NCBI GenBank assembly: GCA_002478275.1
Contig: DLMY01000016.1
Span: forward strand, 1 to 64,000
Source: Actinobacteria bacterium UBA7524
Lineage (GTDB): Bacteria > Actinomycetota > Coriobacteriia > Anaerosomatales > UBA912
Reading direction: 5' to 3'
Length of the DNA: 64,000 bases
Notes under the pieces: generated by a model
The model's input: the letters and a program-made list of their open reading frames with translations, nothing else
Told to the model about the DNA's origin: nothing
Databases searched by the model: none
Shown here: piece by piece, positions 9,255-20,018 of the stretch
Layout: every line of letters begins with the position of its first letter
Numbering within the stretch: the first letter of the stretch is position 1
Made by a program: the position numbers and the translations under genes

Positions 9255-12200
9255 ATGAGAACGAACTCGCACTCGCACCGGGCGCTTAAGGTGTTTCTGA
9301 CGCTGTGTCTGGCCTTCACGCTGGTACCTGTGGTGAATCCTCAGCCCGCGAGCGCGGTCTGGACGGACGCTGGCTGGTTAGGCGTGACGCTGCGGTGCGT
9401 GACCTTCATCGACTCGAACGTCGGCTTTGTGGCGGGAGATTCAGGCGTGATCATCAAGACGGAGAACGGCGGTGTGAGATGGCGCGTCGTCCGCTCCGGC
9501 GGTACCGAGAGGATCACGGGGATCACCTTCGCTGACAGCACCACCGGATGGGCGGTCGCGCAGTCCGGGGTGGTATACGGGACCACGGATGGCGGGGACA
9601 CGTGGAGCAAGATCTCCGATGGACTCGCCGCTTCGTATTCCGGTCCGAACATCTACGACACCATATTCGCCGGCGTGAACAGGTTGTTTGCGGTCGGAGG
9701 CGCGCTGGGCACGCAGCCAGCCGTCTGGGACAGCGGGAATGGTTCGTACAGCTGGGGTCAGGCGGCCCTGCTCGGTTCCTATGACCCGTCCGGCGACTAC
9801 ACGAGCCCGTGGCCGCGTGATGGCCTGGGCGCTTTCTATGGTATCGACCAGTTCGACGGTACAGTGTGGGTCGTGGGCCAGGACTGGCTCAAGACGCCGA
9901 CCCGCAGCGTGGTATGGCGCAACAACAGCGGCAGTCCCAACTGGACCGAGCAGCAGCTCAAGACGAGCACAGGCGTGTTCGAGACGGTGCCCTACTACGA
10001 CATCTCGTTCTCCTCGGCTACTAATGGAGTAGCAGTCGGTGGCACGGGGAAGGTCCACACGACCACGACGGGTGGGACCACGTGGACTCCGCGTACGTCG
10101 GGTGTGACCGTGGACCTCAAGGGCGTATCGATCGCGCCGGGCACTTCGAGTGGATGGGCTGTCGGCGCATCGAACACTTTGCTGCGTACCACGAACGGAG
10201 GGGCGAACTGGACCGCGCAGGCGTCGGGTGTGTCACCGGCCCCAGCCTGGGAGGATGTGTACGCGATCAGCGCGACGAAGGCGGTCGCCGTAGGTAGCTC
10301 CGGGCGTGTCGTCTACACCACAGATGGTGGCACCACATGGACACAGCCGGCGCAATTCCCCGCCGCCCCTGTGATGACGACCTTGACGTCGAGCTCTCAC
10401 CCCTCAGGGACCTGGGTCAAGTCGACCGCTCTTTCCGCCGCATGGAGCGCCACGGGCGAGCCGCCGCTCGGTTACGGATGGGAGCTCGATACTTCACCGG
10501 CAACGGTGCCTACGGTGCAGAAGACGACCGGGACTACGCTGTCGACCACGGCGCCCGGCAGCGGTACCTACTACTTGCACGTGGCGGCGAAGGACCAGTG
10601 GAACAGGTGGAGTGCGCCGTTGCACAGACAGGTGCTCGTCGATGTCACTGTGCCTACGGCCATCGATGACGTCTATGCGGGAGGATACGTCTTCTCGGCG
10701 AGGGTCACGGTAAGCGCGTCGGATGCGCATTCCGGAGTGAAGCGCGTCGAGTATCGGGTCAACAGCGGGTCCATCGTGCAGGTCAGTGGCGCTCAGGCCA
10801 TCATCGACCTGGGGGCCGGTGATCACCAGCTCGAGTACCGGGCAGTCGACAATGTCGACAATGTGAGCAGTTGGGTCTCTAAGAGCGTCAACGTCGAGAA
10901 TCCGACGCCACCAGAGATGACATCGCTTACGTCCTCGACACATCCGGCCGGTGCGTGGACCGCTTCGACGGATATCGGAGCGAGTTGGAGTGCCACGGGT
11001 GTGGCTCCACTCGGGTACGGTTGGGTGGTCGACATGTCTCCGGGTACGGTTCCCGGGGTGCAGAACACGTCCGCTACCACGCTTTCAACCACTGTGGCTG
11101 GCAGTGGGACGTACTACCTGCACGTCGCGGTGCGTGACGTCTACGGTCGCTGGAGCGCACCGATGCATAGGCAGCTGCTGGTCGACGTCACCGTGCCCGA
11201 AGTGGCCGATGACGTATTCGAAGGCGACTACGAGGCTCGCGCACGCATCACGTTGAGTGCATCTGACGCCCACTCTGGCGTACAGCGAATCGAATACCGC
11301 ATCGATGGTGGCAGCGTGGTCCAGGTTGCCGCTTCGCAGGCGGTCGTCGACATCGATGGCGTCGGTGAGTATGAGATCACCTATCGCGCAATCGACAATG
11401 CGGGCAATGCGAGTGGTTGGATGACGGCCGACGTGAGCGTCGTGCCACCAGCAGGTCCTGAGATGACGTCCTTGACCTCGTCGAGCCATCCTGTGGGGAC
11501 CTGGACAGCGAGCACTTCGGTAAGCGCCGCGTGGAGCGCGACAGGTGATGCGCCGCTTGCCTACGGATGGGTGCTCGACACGTCTGCCGGAACCGTGCCC
11601 AGCGCGACGAACACCTCGAACACGACCCTTTCCACAACCGTCGCGGGCAGCGGCACTTACTACCTCCACGTACGCGCACGTGACAGCTACGAGCAGTGGA
11701 GCGCCACTTCACATCGGCAGCTGCTGGTCGACGTCACCCTGCCGCAGTCAGTCGATGACGTGCTGTCGGGTGGTTACACGACATCCGCCAAAGTCACCGT
11801 CTCGGCATCCGATACCCACTCCGGCGTCCAGCGCATCGAGTACCGTATCGACGGAGGAGACATCGTACAAGTCACGGCATCACAGACAAGCATCGATTTC
11901 GGTGTAGGAGAGCATGCTCTCAGTCACCGCGCCGTCGACAACGCGGGCAACGTCAGTGGATGGACGAACAGGGCTGTGACGGTCTCGCCGCCCGCTCCGC
12001 CAGTTATGACGGAGCTTGGATCGTCCTCTCACGCACAAGGTACCTGGACTTCCTCGTTGAACGTGTCCGCTGCGTGGAGCGCAAGCGGCACCGGTATCAC
12101 GGGATACGGATACGTGCTGGACACGTCGCCCGGCACGGCTCCTGGTGTGCAGAATACGACAGGCACCACGCTTTCGACCTCCGTTGCGGGCAGTGGTACC

Positions 12201-14042
12201 TACTACCTGCACGTCGCGGCGAAGGACGCGTACGATCAGTGGAGCGTCCCGTGGCACCGGCAGCTGCTCGTCGACGTCACCGCTCCCGCAGCGGCTGACG
12301 ATGTGTTCGCCGACGGCTACGTGATCTCGGCTCACGTCACTCTGACCGCCACAGATGCTCACTCAGGCGTGCAGAGGATCGAGTACCGGATCGACGGCGG
12401 GTCCGTAGTGCAGGTGACCGGTGCTCAGGCCGGCATCGACTTTGGTATCGGAGAGCGCCTTCTGGAGTACCGTGTCGTCGACAACGCCGGGAACGTGAGT
12501 GCGTGGACCCCCAAGACAGTGAGTGTCTCGCCGCCTCCACGACCCGTGATGACGCAGGTCAGCTCGTCGACGCATCCGGAAGGCGCGTGGGCGACCTCGA
12601 CGTCGTTGTCTGCGACCTGGAGTGCCTCGGGAACGGGAATCGACGGGTATGGGTGGATCGTCGATCAGTCTCCCGATACCGTCCCTGTGACAGCGAACAC
12701 GACCGGGACCAGCATGTCGCAGTCTCTCGCGGGCAGCGGCGTCTACTACCTCCATGTGGCCGCACGCGACGCCTACGGTCAGTGGAGTCTCCCGTGGCAT
12801 CAGCAGATCCTGGTGGACAACACGGCTCCGGAACCATCGGATGACATCTCACCGGACCCGTATCCGGGTGCTGCGCAGGTCACGATCTCCGCGAGCGACG
12901 CGCACTCCGGTGTGGCTCGCATCGAATACCGTATCAACGGTGGCGCGGTCCAACAGGTTGCCGCAGCTCAGGCGGCGGTCGACATCGTGCCCGCCACGCA
13001 GTCGATCTCGTACCGTGCCGTGGACAGGGCGGGCAACGCTTCCTCATGGGTCACAAAGCAGATCACTGTGGAGTTGCCCGTCGTGCCCGTGGAGGGCAAG
13101 GACCGCTATGCGACGGCCATAGCTGCCGCTGACATCGTGTACCCGGGCATCATGCCCTCCGGCCCTGACGGCAACCGCACCGTGGTCCTCGCCTCCGGTG
13201 AGAACTGGCCGGACGCTCTGGCTGCCTCGGGACTTGCGGGTGCGCACAGAGCCCCACTGCTGCTCACGAAATCGACCTCGCTCCCGACGACCGTGGCGCA
13301 GAAGATCGCGTCGCTCGGCGCCAACCGCGTGATCATCGTGGGAGGCACGGCAGCGGTCTCCGACGCGGTCGCGACGGCAGCCGGGCAGGCGGTGGGTGGC
13401 GCCAGCCGGGTCTCACGCATCGCAGGATCGCACCGTTATGCGACGGCGAACGCCATCGCCGCTGCCACGGTGGCCGTTCCGGGCCGTACGGCTTGGGACG
13501 GCACGGCGTTCGTCGCGACGGGAGACAATTTCCCCGACGCGCTGGCAGTGGCTCCGCTCGCCGCCGACAAGGGCTATCCCTTGTACCTGGCGGCACCCAC
13601 AGGCATAAGCGATGCCACACTCGCTGCGATGAAGGCGGCGGGGGTCAAGCGCGTGTACCTGCTCGGCGGCACGGCGGCAGTAAGTCCGTTGACCGAGAGC
13701 CGCATCGCAGGTACCGGCATCTCAGTGGCCGGGCGCTGGGCGGGTTCGGACCGCTTCGCCACGGGTCGCGTGATAGCAGAGAATTCGCTGAATTCGGGGC
13801 TCACGGCGCGTGAGGTCGCTTTGGCTACCGGACGTAACTTCCCCGATGCGCTCGCGGGCGGCGTGATGCAGGGCCTGACCGGCTCGATCATGGTGCTCAC
13901 CGAGAGTACGCGACTGCACGCGCAGGCCGAGGCGGTTCTTGCCGCTAACGTGTCCTCGATCCATGAGATACGCTTCGTCGGAGGCCTTTCCGCGCTTGCC
14001 CAAGACGTGCGTGACAGGGCCGAGGAGGTCGTTGCGCCGTAG
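9255..14042 (+). CDS. Cell-surface protein: YCF48/BNR-type beta-propeller, five Ig-like double-domain repeats, cell wall binding repeat 2 (CWB2) anchor
   Basis: Signal peptide; repeated TxxGGxxW motifs; five ~181-aa repeats; C-terminal G.DRY.T / G.NFPDALA / GG.AAVS motifs x3. Confidence 0.88.
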   Translation: MRTNSHSHRALKVFLTLCLAFTLVPVVNPQPASAVWTDAGWLGVTLRCVTFIDSNVGFVAGDSGVIIKTENGGVRWRVVRSGGTERITGITFADSTTGWAVAQSGVVYGTTDGGDTWSKISDGLAASYSGPNIYDTIFAGVNRLFAVGGALGTQPAVWDSGNGSYSWGQAALLGSYDPSGDYTSPWPRDGLGAFYGIDQFDGTVWVVGQDWLKTPTRSVVWRNNSGSPNWTEQQLKTSTGVFETVPYYDISFSSATNGVAVGGTGKVHTTTTGGTTWTPRTSGVTVDLKGVSIAPGTSSGWAVGASNTLLRTTNGGANWTAQASGVSPAPAWEDVYAISATKAVAVGSSGRVVYTTDGGTTWTQPAQFPAAPVMTTLTSSSHPSGTWVKSTALSAAWSATGEPPLGYGWELDTSPATVPTVQKTTGTTLSTTAPGSGTYYLHVAAKDQWNRWSAPLHRQVLVDVTVPTAIDDVYAGGYVFSARVTVSASDAHSGVKRVEYRVNSGSIVQVSGAQAIIDLGAGDHQLEYRAVDNVDNVSSWVSKSVNVENPTPPEMTSLTSSTHPAGAWTASTDIGASWSATGVAPLGYGWVVDMSPGTVPGVQNTSATTLSTTVAGSGTYYLHVAVRDVYGRWSAPMHRQLLVDVTVPEVADDVFEGDYEARARITLSASDAHSGVQRIEYRIDGGSVVQVAASQAVVDIDGVGEYEITYRAIDNAGNASGWMTADVSVVPPAGPEMTSLTSSSHPVGTWTASTSVSAAWSATGDAPLAYGWVLDTSAGTVPSATNTSNTTLSTTVAGSGTYYLHVRARDSYEQWSATSHRQLLVDVTLPQSVDDVLSGGYTTSAKVTVSASDTHSGVQRIEYRIDGGDIVQVTASQTSIDFGVGEHALSHRAVDNAGNVSGWTNRAVTVSPPAPPVMTELGSSSHAQGTWTSSLNVSAAWSASGTGITGYGYVLDTSPGTAPGVQNTTGTTLSTSVAGSGTYYLHVAAKDAYDQWSVPWHRQLLVDVTAPAAADDVFADGYVISAHVTLTATDAHSGVQRIEYRIDGGSVVQVTGAQAGIDFGIGERLLEYRVVDNAGNVSAWTPKTVSVSPPPRPVMTQVSSSTHPEGAWATSTSLSATWSASGTGIDGYGWIVDQSPDTVPVTANTTGTSMSQSLAGSGVYYLHVAARDAYGQWSLPWHQQILVDNTAPEPSDDISPDPYPGAAQVTISASDAHSGVARIEYRINGGAVQQVAAAQAAVDIVPATQSISYRAVDRAGNASSWVTKQITVELPVVPVEGKDRYATAIAAADIVYPGIMPSGPDGNRTVVLASGENWPDALAASGLAGAHRAPLLLTKSTSLPTTVAQKIASLGANRVIIVGGTAAVSDAVATAAGQAVGGASRVSRIAGSHRYATANAIAAATVAVPGRTAWDGTAFVATGDNFPDALAVAPLAADKGYPLYLAAPTGISDATLAAMKAAGVKRVYLLGGTAAVSPLTESRIAGTGISVAGRWAGSDRFATGRVIAENSLNSGLTAREVALATGRNFPDALAGGVMQGLTGSIMVLTESTRLHAQAEAVLAANVSSIHEIRFVGGLSALAQDVRDRAEEVVAP
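10368..13075 (+). repeat. Five diverged intragenic tandem repeats of 543-546 bp
   Basis: P[VE]MTx[LV]xSSxH starts recur with ATG at 10374, 10917, 11463, 12006 and 12549; each unit has YYLHV and DxHSGVxR[IV]EYR. Confidence 0.85.
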
Positions 14043-14063
14043 AGGATCGATCCCCCTGAGTCC

Positions 14064-14101
14064 CCCTGGCCGTCCTCGGACTCCACCGTGGGCGGCCAGG
14101 G
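14064..14101 (+). terminator. GC-rich hairpin after surface protein gene
   Basis: CCCTGGCCGTCC / GGGCGGCCAGGG inverted repeat; no U-tract. Confidence 0.4.
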
Positions 14102-14300
14102 TGTCATCTGGGGCCCGGCACCTGTCAGTGCGTAGGCGATCCACATGGGGATTCGACGGGTACGGATGAGGGCTTGTGACCAGCTCTGCGGATATCGGGA
14201 GCTGCGCGGATGCGCTATACTGCAACGAACGGGTCCGGATGCCTGGTCACGCGTGCGACCCCGGATTTGAGCGCACCGTGGAAGCCGGGAACCGAACAGG

Positions 14301-17300
14301 ATGGTGTGGTCGATGCTAAAGGGCATCGCCGCGCGTGTTTTTGCGTGCGGTCAAAGGGGATGTCGGGGTAGGGTGGCTGCAGTCGCGGCAGCCGCCGTCT
14401 TCGCGATACTTCTCGCCGCACAACCCGCCTTGGCCACGAGCGCCCCGCACGTGCCCACGTCCTTGGAGACGGACACATGTGCGATGTGCCACCGCGCTCA
14501 CACCTCGGGTTCCGACACTACCTGGACCGTGTCCGGGGTCTCGGGCGAGGCGACCGGAAACGCGCTCATCCTGGGCGACTACACCGGAATCGGCGACACA
14601 GGTTTGTGTTTCACCTGTCACGGTGTGGAAGCGCTCGGATCCGAATCGAGCATTCAGCGCGAGTTCGATTCGGCTTCAGCACACCTGCTCATGCCCGCTG
14701 TTTCCGAATTCGGCCCCACAGCGAAGCAGTGCAGCTCGTGTCATGACAGTCACGGCTCCGAGCGTGACCTGGACGGAGACCCCTTCGCCGCGTTACTGCG
14801 GGCGTACTCGATCGAGTCCCCGTTCGGCCCTTCGTATGGAACCGACGAGTACTGCGGGACGTGCCACCTCGATCGGCCGCAGAGCCGGTTCGACGGCCTC
14901 GCGGTCTGGTACGAGACGGCCCATTCGAGTGAGATGACACCACCCGCTTCGGGTACCGGTATCGTCTGCGTGAATTGCCATGAGGCCCATGGGTCGACTC
15001 TGGCCCCGCTCGTCCGCTCCACACTGCAGCCGCCTGCGGCACCGGCGACCGTTACGATCGACGCTAACGATCGCGAGCTGTGCCTGGCGTGCCACTCCGG
15101 AACGCTGGCCACTTTCTCCGGGCGCGAGGCCTACGACATCTCAGGCCATGCTCTCTCTGAAGCAACCGTGACGATCTCCGGTGAATGGCCCTCCCGGGAA
15201 GCGACCCGCACGGTCGGCGAATGCCAGAACTGTCACGCGCCGATGGGACGCTCCGATGGCGATGGAGGTGTGATACCGAAGTTGGTCGACAAGACCGGCC
15301 GCGAGATGTGCGATACATGCCATTCCGCTGATTCTCCAGCAGGTGAGGCGGCCGGTGACTTCGCGCAGTTCAGGTTCCCGGCATCCGAGACAACGAAGCT
15401 CGAGGTAGCTGTAGCCTACAACGCCGAGCGGCTCCCGACGGTCTTCGACCGCCTTGCGCTGTATGCGCAGGAGACGACAGGCACGCTGCCGTTCGACCTT
15501 ACCGGTCCACGCGAGTATGACGTGCCCGGCGAGGCCGCCGACATGGTCGCGGCGGACGTGCAGCAAGACGGTGTCACACAGCTGCTGATCGCCGATCCAA
15601 GCGCCAAGCGCATCGTGATGGCCACTCCCGACCCGCTCGCTGGCGTTTCGGTCTCCGAGTACTCGCTCACGACCACGCCGACATTGATAGCGGTCGGCGA
15701 TGTATTCGTCGAAGACTCCGGTCGACCTGAGCTCGTCGTGGTCTCTCGTTCCGAGGAGACCACCGTCAACAACAGCTTCCTCTACGTGTACCGCTGGAAA
15801 GACACCTCTGCCACGACCGGCGAGTTCGAGGAGCTGGCCGGGCCGATCGCCCTGGACGATGAGGCCTCCGGCCTCGCGGTGGGCTATCTGGGCCGGCTCG
15901 ACGATGGCGACGACATCGTCGTGACCGCATACGGTGTCGTTTCGGGACCGTCGGTGAGCATCTACCGGGAATCCTCGGCGACTCCCGGCAGCCTCGATGA
16001 CCCGCCCACATACCGTTACGACGACGCCGATGGCGTGCTCGCCGGCCCACGCGGGCCGAGCATCGGTGACGCGGACGCCGCATCGGCCGGCAACGAGATC
16101 GCCGTGGCGAACTCGCGGGAGACCGTCGACACACTCACGCTGATCAGCCCGACGACAGGTCCCATCGCCTCCTACGAGGCCACCGTCGCGCCGGGTGCAT
16201 GGGCCTGGGACACGCTGATAGCCGACGTGCTGCCCGGTCCTGGTTTCGACGGCGCAGAGACTGTCGTCGCGCTGCGCAACAACGTCGGCGCGAGCGGCAT
16301 CAATGTGTTCGGGCGTCACGGTACGGCGGGCCTCGTCACACCGCCACTCTCATACGAGACAGGCCACTACTTCGCGACGTCCTCGCTCGCTTCCGGCGAT
16401 GTCGATTCGGCCGAAAACGGTCGCGCCGAACTCGTCGTCGCCAATGCCGGCACGTGGGCCGAGACGCCCGGCGGTGATCCGACACCGCCGTCGATACAGG
16501 TCTTCCGCACGAACGTCGCGGGGGACGCGCTGCTGACTCCGCCGTCGGTATACTCGGCAGGCGGCGTGGAGAAGGCCGGTAACACCCCGGCGCTCGCCCT
16601 GGCAGACCTCGGCTCCGTCGGAGGCTCTCGACACCCGACCTCCGTCTCCGCCGATCCGGATGCCGTCAGGACCGCGCATGTCTCCACCGAGACCGCCGAC
16701 ACGGAGCCGTTCGAGCTGCACGTCGAGTGTACGGACTGCCACAACGTGCATGAAGCCACGAGCACGCCGTCTCCGGCCGACGCGACCGCACCCGAGGTCT
16801 ACGGACGCCTCAAGGGCGCCTGGGGCATACAGGTCGAGTACGGCCCTGCTGCGGCCACCACGTACACTCAGCGTCAGGGCGTTCTGTACGAGTACGAGGT
16901 GTGCTTCAAGTGCCACTCTGGCTGGACGCGTACCCCGGACAGTGGAGACGACATCGCCGCGCAGTTCGACACCCGCAACCCGTCCTTCCATTCGATCGCC
17001 GGCGGCAGCACCAACGCCTCGAATACCGCAGGTTCATTCGTGAACGCCACTCCCGCATGGACCACGACGTCGGTCCTGCACTGCGTGGATTGTCACGGCA
17101 ACAGCGATACCGACAAGCCCGTTGGTCCGCATTCGAGCCCCTCGGCGCCGCTACTCTCGCGTCCGCTCTGGGGCGTCTCACCCGCCGAGGAGACAGGGCT
17201 TTGCTACAAGTGCCACAAGCGCAGCGTCTACTACACGGGCGTCGACGACGGTACGGCCAGCCCGGGCTCGATGAGCATGTTCCATGATGGCACCCTGGCA

Positions 17301-17930
17301 GAGCCCAAGCTCCACAAGCTGCACAGCGAGACGGCCGGTTTCTCGTGCGAGACATGTCACTACCCGCACGGTGCCAGGGAGCATGAGCATCTCATCCGGC
17401 CGGGACTCGATTGGGTGCACCTTGAGAATGGCGGCGCGTGCTATACGCCGTGTCACGGGGGGAGTACCGCTAATGTCTATTCGCGCGTCGCTGCCGTCAG
17501 CGGAGACGCCACAGCCACCGCTATCACGCCGATAACCTATCAGTCGGTGAGCGGGAACCTGGCTTCGATACTGACTCAGGGTGACCTTGATGTGTACACC
17601 GTCCAGGAGCGTCAGGGCAACTACCCCGTGTTGCGACTCCAGGTCCAGTTCGGCGGGCTGGCGGGCAACCCCAGCAGTTTCCGCCTGTTCGGTCGCTATC
17701 AGGGTAACGTCGGCCACACGGTCGAGGTTCGCGTCAAGAACCAGACGAACGGACAGTGGGTCGTTCTCGGCGAGATCCCTCATGCCACGGTCAATGGCGA
17801 GTACGTCTACCCCTTGGGCAATCCTGCCTACGTCAGTGGCACGGGGTTGCTCGAGATCGAGATCGATCACGTGACGGGTGGCTCGGCCACGCACTACCTC
17901 TATATCGACCGGGCCTGGTTGCGGTATTAG
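14301..17930 (+). CDS. Large secreted multiheme cytochrome c with internal FG-GAP/integrin-alpha-like propeller
   Basis: Signal peptide; 13 CxxCH plus one CxxxCH (8 N-terminal, 6 C-terminal); intervening GDV...G..ELVV-type repeats; C-terminal beta-rich domain. Confidence 0.85.
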   Translation: MVWSMLKGIAARVFACGQRGCRGRVAAVAAAAVFAILLAAQPALATSAPHVPTSLETDTCAMCHRAHTSGSDTTWTVSGVSGEATGNALILGDYTGIGDTGLCFTCHGVEALGSESSIQREFDSASAHLLMPAVSEFGPTAKQCSSCHDSHGSERDLDGDPFAALLRAYSIESPFGPSYGTDEYCGTCHLDRPQSRFDGLAVWYETAHSSEMTPPASGTGIVCVNCHEAHGSTLAPLVRSTLQPPAAPATVTIDANDRELCLACHSGTLATFSGREAYDISGHALSEATVTISGEWPSREATRTVGECQNCHAPMGRSDGDGGVIPKLVDKTGREMCDTCHSADSPAGEAAGDFAQFRFPASETTKLEVAVAYNAERLPTVFDRLALYAQETTGTLPFDLTGPREYDVPGEAADMVAADVQQDGVTQLLIADPSAKRIVMATPDPLAGVSVSEYSLTTTPTLIAVGDVFVEDSGRPELVVVSRSEETTVNNSFLYVYRWKDTSATTGEFEELAGPIALDDEASGLAVGYLGRLDDGDDIVVTAYGVVSGPSVSIYRESSATPGSLDDPPTYRYDDADGVLAGPRGPSIGDADAASAGNEIAVANSRETVDTLTLISPTTGPIASYEATVAPGAWAWDTLIADVLPGPGFDGAETVVALRNNVGASGINVFGRHGTAGLVTPPLSYETGHYFATSSLASGDVDSAENGRAELVVANAGTWAETPGGDPTPPSIQVFRTNVAGDALLTPPSVYSAGGVEKAGNTPALALADLGSVGGSRHPTSVSADPDAVRTAHVSTETADTEPFELHVECTDCHNVHEATSTPSPADATAPEVYGRLKGAWGIQVEYGPAAATTYTQRQGVLYEYEVCFKCHSGWTRTPDSGDDIAAQFDTRNPSFHSIAGGSTNASNTAGSFVNATPAWTTTSVLHCVDCHGNSDTDKPVGPHSSPSAPLLSRPLWGVSPAEETGLCYKCHKRSVYYTGVDDGTASPGSMSMFHDGTLAEPKLHKLHSETAGFSCETCHYPHGAREHEHLIRPGLDWVHLENGGACYTPCHGGSTANVYSRVAAVSGDATATAITPITYQSVSGNLASILTQGDLDVYTVQERQGNYPVLRLQVQFGGLAGNPSSFRLFGRYQGNVGHTVEVRVKNQTNGQWVVLGEIPHATVNGEYVYPLGNPAYVSGTGLLEIEIDHVTGGSATHYLYIDRAWLRY

Positions 17931-17994
17931 CTACCCGTCGATGCGGCGACCCCGGCCGAGAGCCGCGACGCCGGTCGGGCCGACCGCCGACCGC

Positions 17995-19038
17995 CTACCT
18001 TACGATCAACACCGGTGTTCCGACCTCTACGCGCTCGTAGAGGTCCTCGATGTCCCAGCGATGCATGCGCATGCATCCGTGGCTCGCGGCGGTTCCGATC
18101 GATGAGTTCTTCGTCGTTCCGTGTATCCGAATGCCCGGAACGTTGAGGTTGAGCGCTCTCGTGCCCAGGGGATTGCTCGGGCCCGGAGGGATATAGGCGG
18201 GCATGTCGGCGCCCCACCCGTTGGGAGCGGGATTACTCCACGAGGGCCTGTAGCGCTTCAGTATGATCTCGAAAGCGCCCTTGGGGGTCGGGTAGCGCGC
18301 TGTCCCCACAGCGACGCCGTACTTCTTCTCAAGCTCCATGCCGTCATAGAGGTAGAGTCTGCGTTCAGAGATCTTCACGACTATGGTCTTGCCCAGATCC
18401 GTCTCGGAGACCGCCGGCTCAACAGCATCCACCATGAGACTCACGCGCTTGACGCCCTCCAGCAGTGCTTCTTCGATCTTACCGGCGGTGCGCTCGACGT
18501 CTGTCGCACGACCTGTCTCCGAGGCGCGCATCACGATCTGCCCGGCGTCGAGGGTGAACGTCGCATCGACCGCAGGCGTGTCGACTCGGGACGCCACGGT
18601 GCGGACCCACTGAGCGATCCGCTCGCTATCGACCTCGAGGACCGGCTCGATCTCGGTGGTCTCCTCGGCCCCGGTGACGCGCAGCAGAGTGCGCTCGGCG
18701 ACAGTGACCGACGATTTCGGGTCGAATGCGGCATCAAGCATCGCGTCGATGTCCACGAACAGGGTGTCGGACGGGTCGAACGAGAACGCGACACCTCCGT
18801 AGACGACTTCGACAGGGGCGAGCAGGGGAGATGCCACCCTGCCTTCGAGCAACCGACGGGCGTCGTTCCTGGACAGGCCGGACAGGCTCACGCCGTCGGC
18901 AAGTGCCACTCCATCGGGTACGATGTCCCGGGTCTGGTAGTCGTCAGCGACCGACCAGGCGAAACCGGCGGACAACGCAAGCATCACGCTGGCCGCCAGG
19001 AGTCCAAGCAGGCGCAGCGCGCGTGTGCGGACACTCAT
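17995..19038 (-). CDS. L,D-transpeptidase (YkuD domain) with peptidoglycan-binding region
   Basis: NPLGTRAL, IRIHGT, ASHGCMRM motifs; N-terminal membrane helix. Confidence 0.9.
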   Translation of the reverse strand: MSVRTRALRLLGLLAASVMLALSAGFAWSVADDYQTRDIVPDGVALADGVSLSGLSRNDARRLLEGRVASPLLAPVEVVYGGVAFSFDPSDTLFVDIDAMLDAAFDPKSSVTVAERTLLRVTGAEETTEIEPVLEVDSERIAQWVRTVASRVDTPAVDATFTLDAGQIVMRASETGRATDVERTAGKIEEALLEGVKRVSLMVDAVEPAVSETDLGKTIVVKISERRLYLYDGMELEKKYGVAVGTARYPTPKGAFEIILKRYRPSWSNPAPNGWGADMPAYIPPGPSNPLGTRALNLNVPGIRIHGTTKNSSIGTAASHGCMRMHRWDIEDLYERVEVGTPVLIVR

Positions 19039-19111
19039 GAGCGAAATCCTTCCGGCGGGTTGCAGGTATTCTACAATGTTCTAAGGCTGCGGTCACACAC
19101 CAGGAGGACTC

Positions 19112-19954
19112 GTGGACCATGGGGCGGCGGACCAGGTGTATCGGGGGAATCTCGATCGCCTTGTATCCAAGATCGACGAGGAGCGGGGGATCGATCTCTC
19201 GCAGTACCGCCGCGCGTACGTCGAGCGGCGTGTGGCATCGCGCCTTCGGAGTCTGGGTCTGCACTCGTATCGCCAGTACATCGATTACATGGATTCGAAT
19301 CCCGCCGAGTACCACAAGCTGCTTGACACGTTGACGATCAACGTGACCGACTTCTTCAGGGATTCGGTCGTCTACGAAATCTTCTGCAAGGAGATCGTAC
19401 CGGCGATGCTCAACGAGAAGATGCGCACGCGGCATCGCATGATCCGCGCCTGGTCGGCCGGTTGTGCGACCGGCGAGGAGCCCTATTCGATAGCCATGTC
19501 GTTCCTCGACGCGATGGGGCGCAAGGACACCAAGTTCCTGTTCAACGTGCTGGGTACCGACCTGGACCTCGGAGCTCTTGCCGTGGCGCGGAAGGCGGAG
19601 TACTCGATCGACAAGCTTGAGCACATCCCTAAGCCTCTTCAGCTAAAATACACAGAGGTGCATGGAGAGAAGTTCATCATCAAGCCTGAGGTCACGAAGC
19701 ACGTGAGGTTCAGGCAGCTCAACCTGTTCACGGACAGGCCGATAAACATGGTTGACGTCATCTTCTGTCGCAATGTGTTCATATACTTCAACCGGGAGCA
19801 GCAGGAGAGGGTACTGGAGATGTTCTGGTCGGCGTTGAGCAGGGGCGGTTATCTCGTGCTGGGACGCAGCGAGAAACTGGCATCATCGCTGGTAGGACGC
19901 TTCGAGCTCTACAACGGCAGGGAAAGGGTCTACCGCAAGCCGAAGAGCGTGTAG
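19112..19954 (+). CDS. cheR: Chemotaxis protein methyltransferase
   Basis: TINVTDFFRD, WSAGCATGEEPYS, IFCRNVFIYF. Confidence 0.95.
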   Translation: MDHGAADQVYRGNLDRLVSKIDEERGIDLSQYRRAYVERRVASRLRSLGLHSYRQYIDYMDSNPAEYHKLLDTLTINVTDFFRDSVVYEIFCKEIVPAMLNEKMRTRHRMIRAWSAGCATGEEPYSIAMSFLDAMGRKDTKFLFNVLGTDLDLGALAVARKAEYSIDKLEHIPKPLQLKYTEVHGEKFIIKPEVTKHVRFRQLNLFTDRPINMVDVIFCRNVFIYFNREQQERVLEMFWSALSRGGYLVLGRSEKLASSLVGRFELYNGRERVYRKPKSV

Positions 19955-20018
19955 CGACACGCGGACGAAGTGGCGTTGCTCGGGTTGACGCCGCAGGAGT
20001 GAGGAGGAACTCACAGTC

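Noticed and set aside
10368..13075. Regularly spaced repeats as CRISPR or a mobile array
   Set aside because: Diverged 543-546 bp in-frame protein domain repeats; no short identical repeats with spacers and no cas genes
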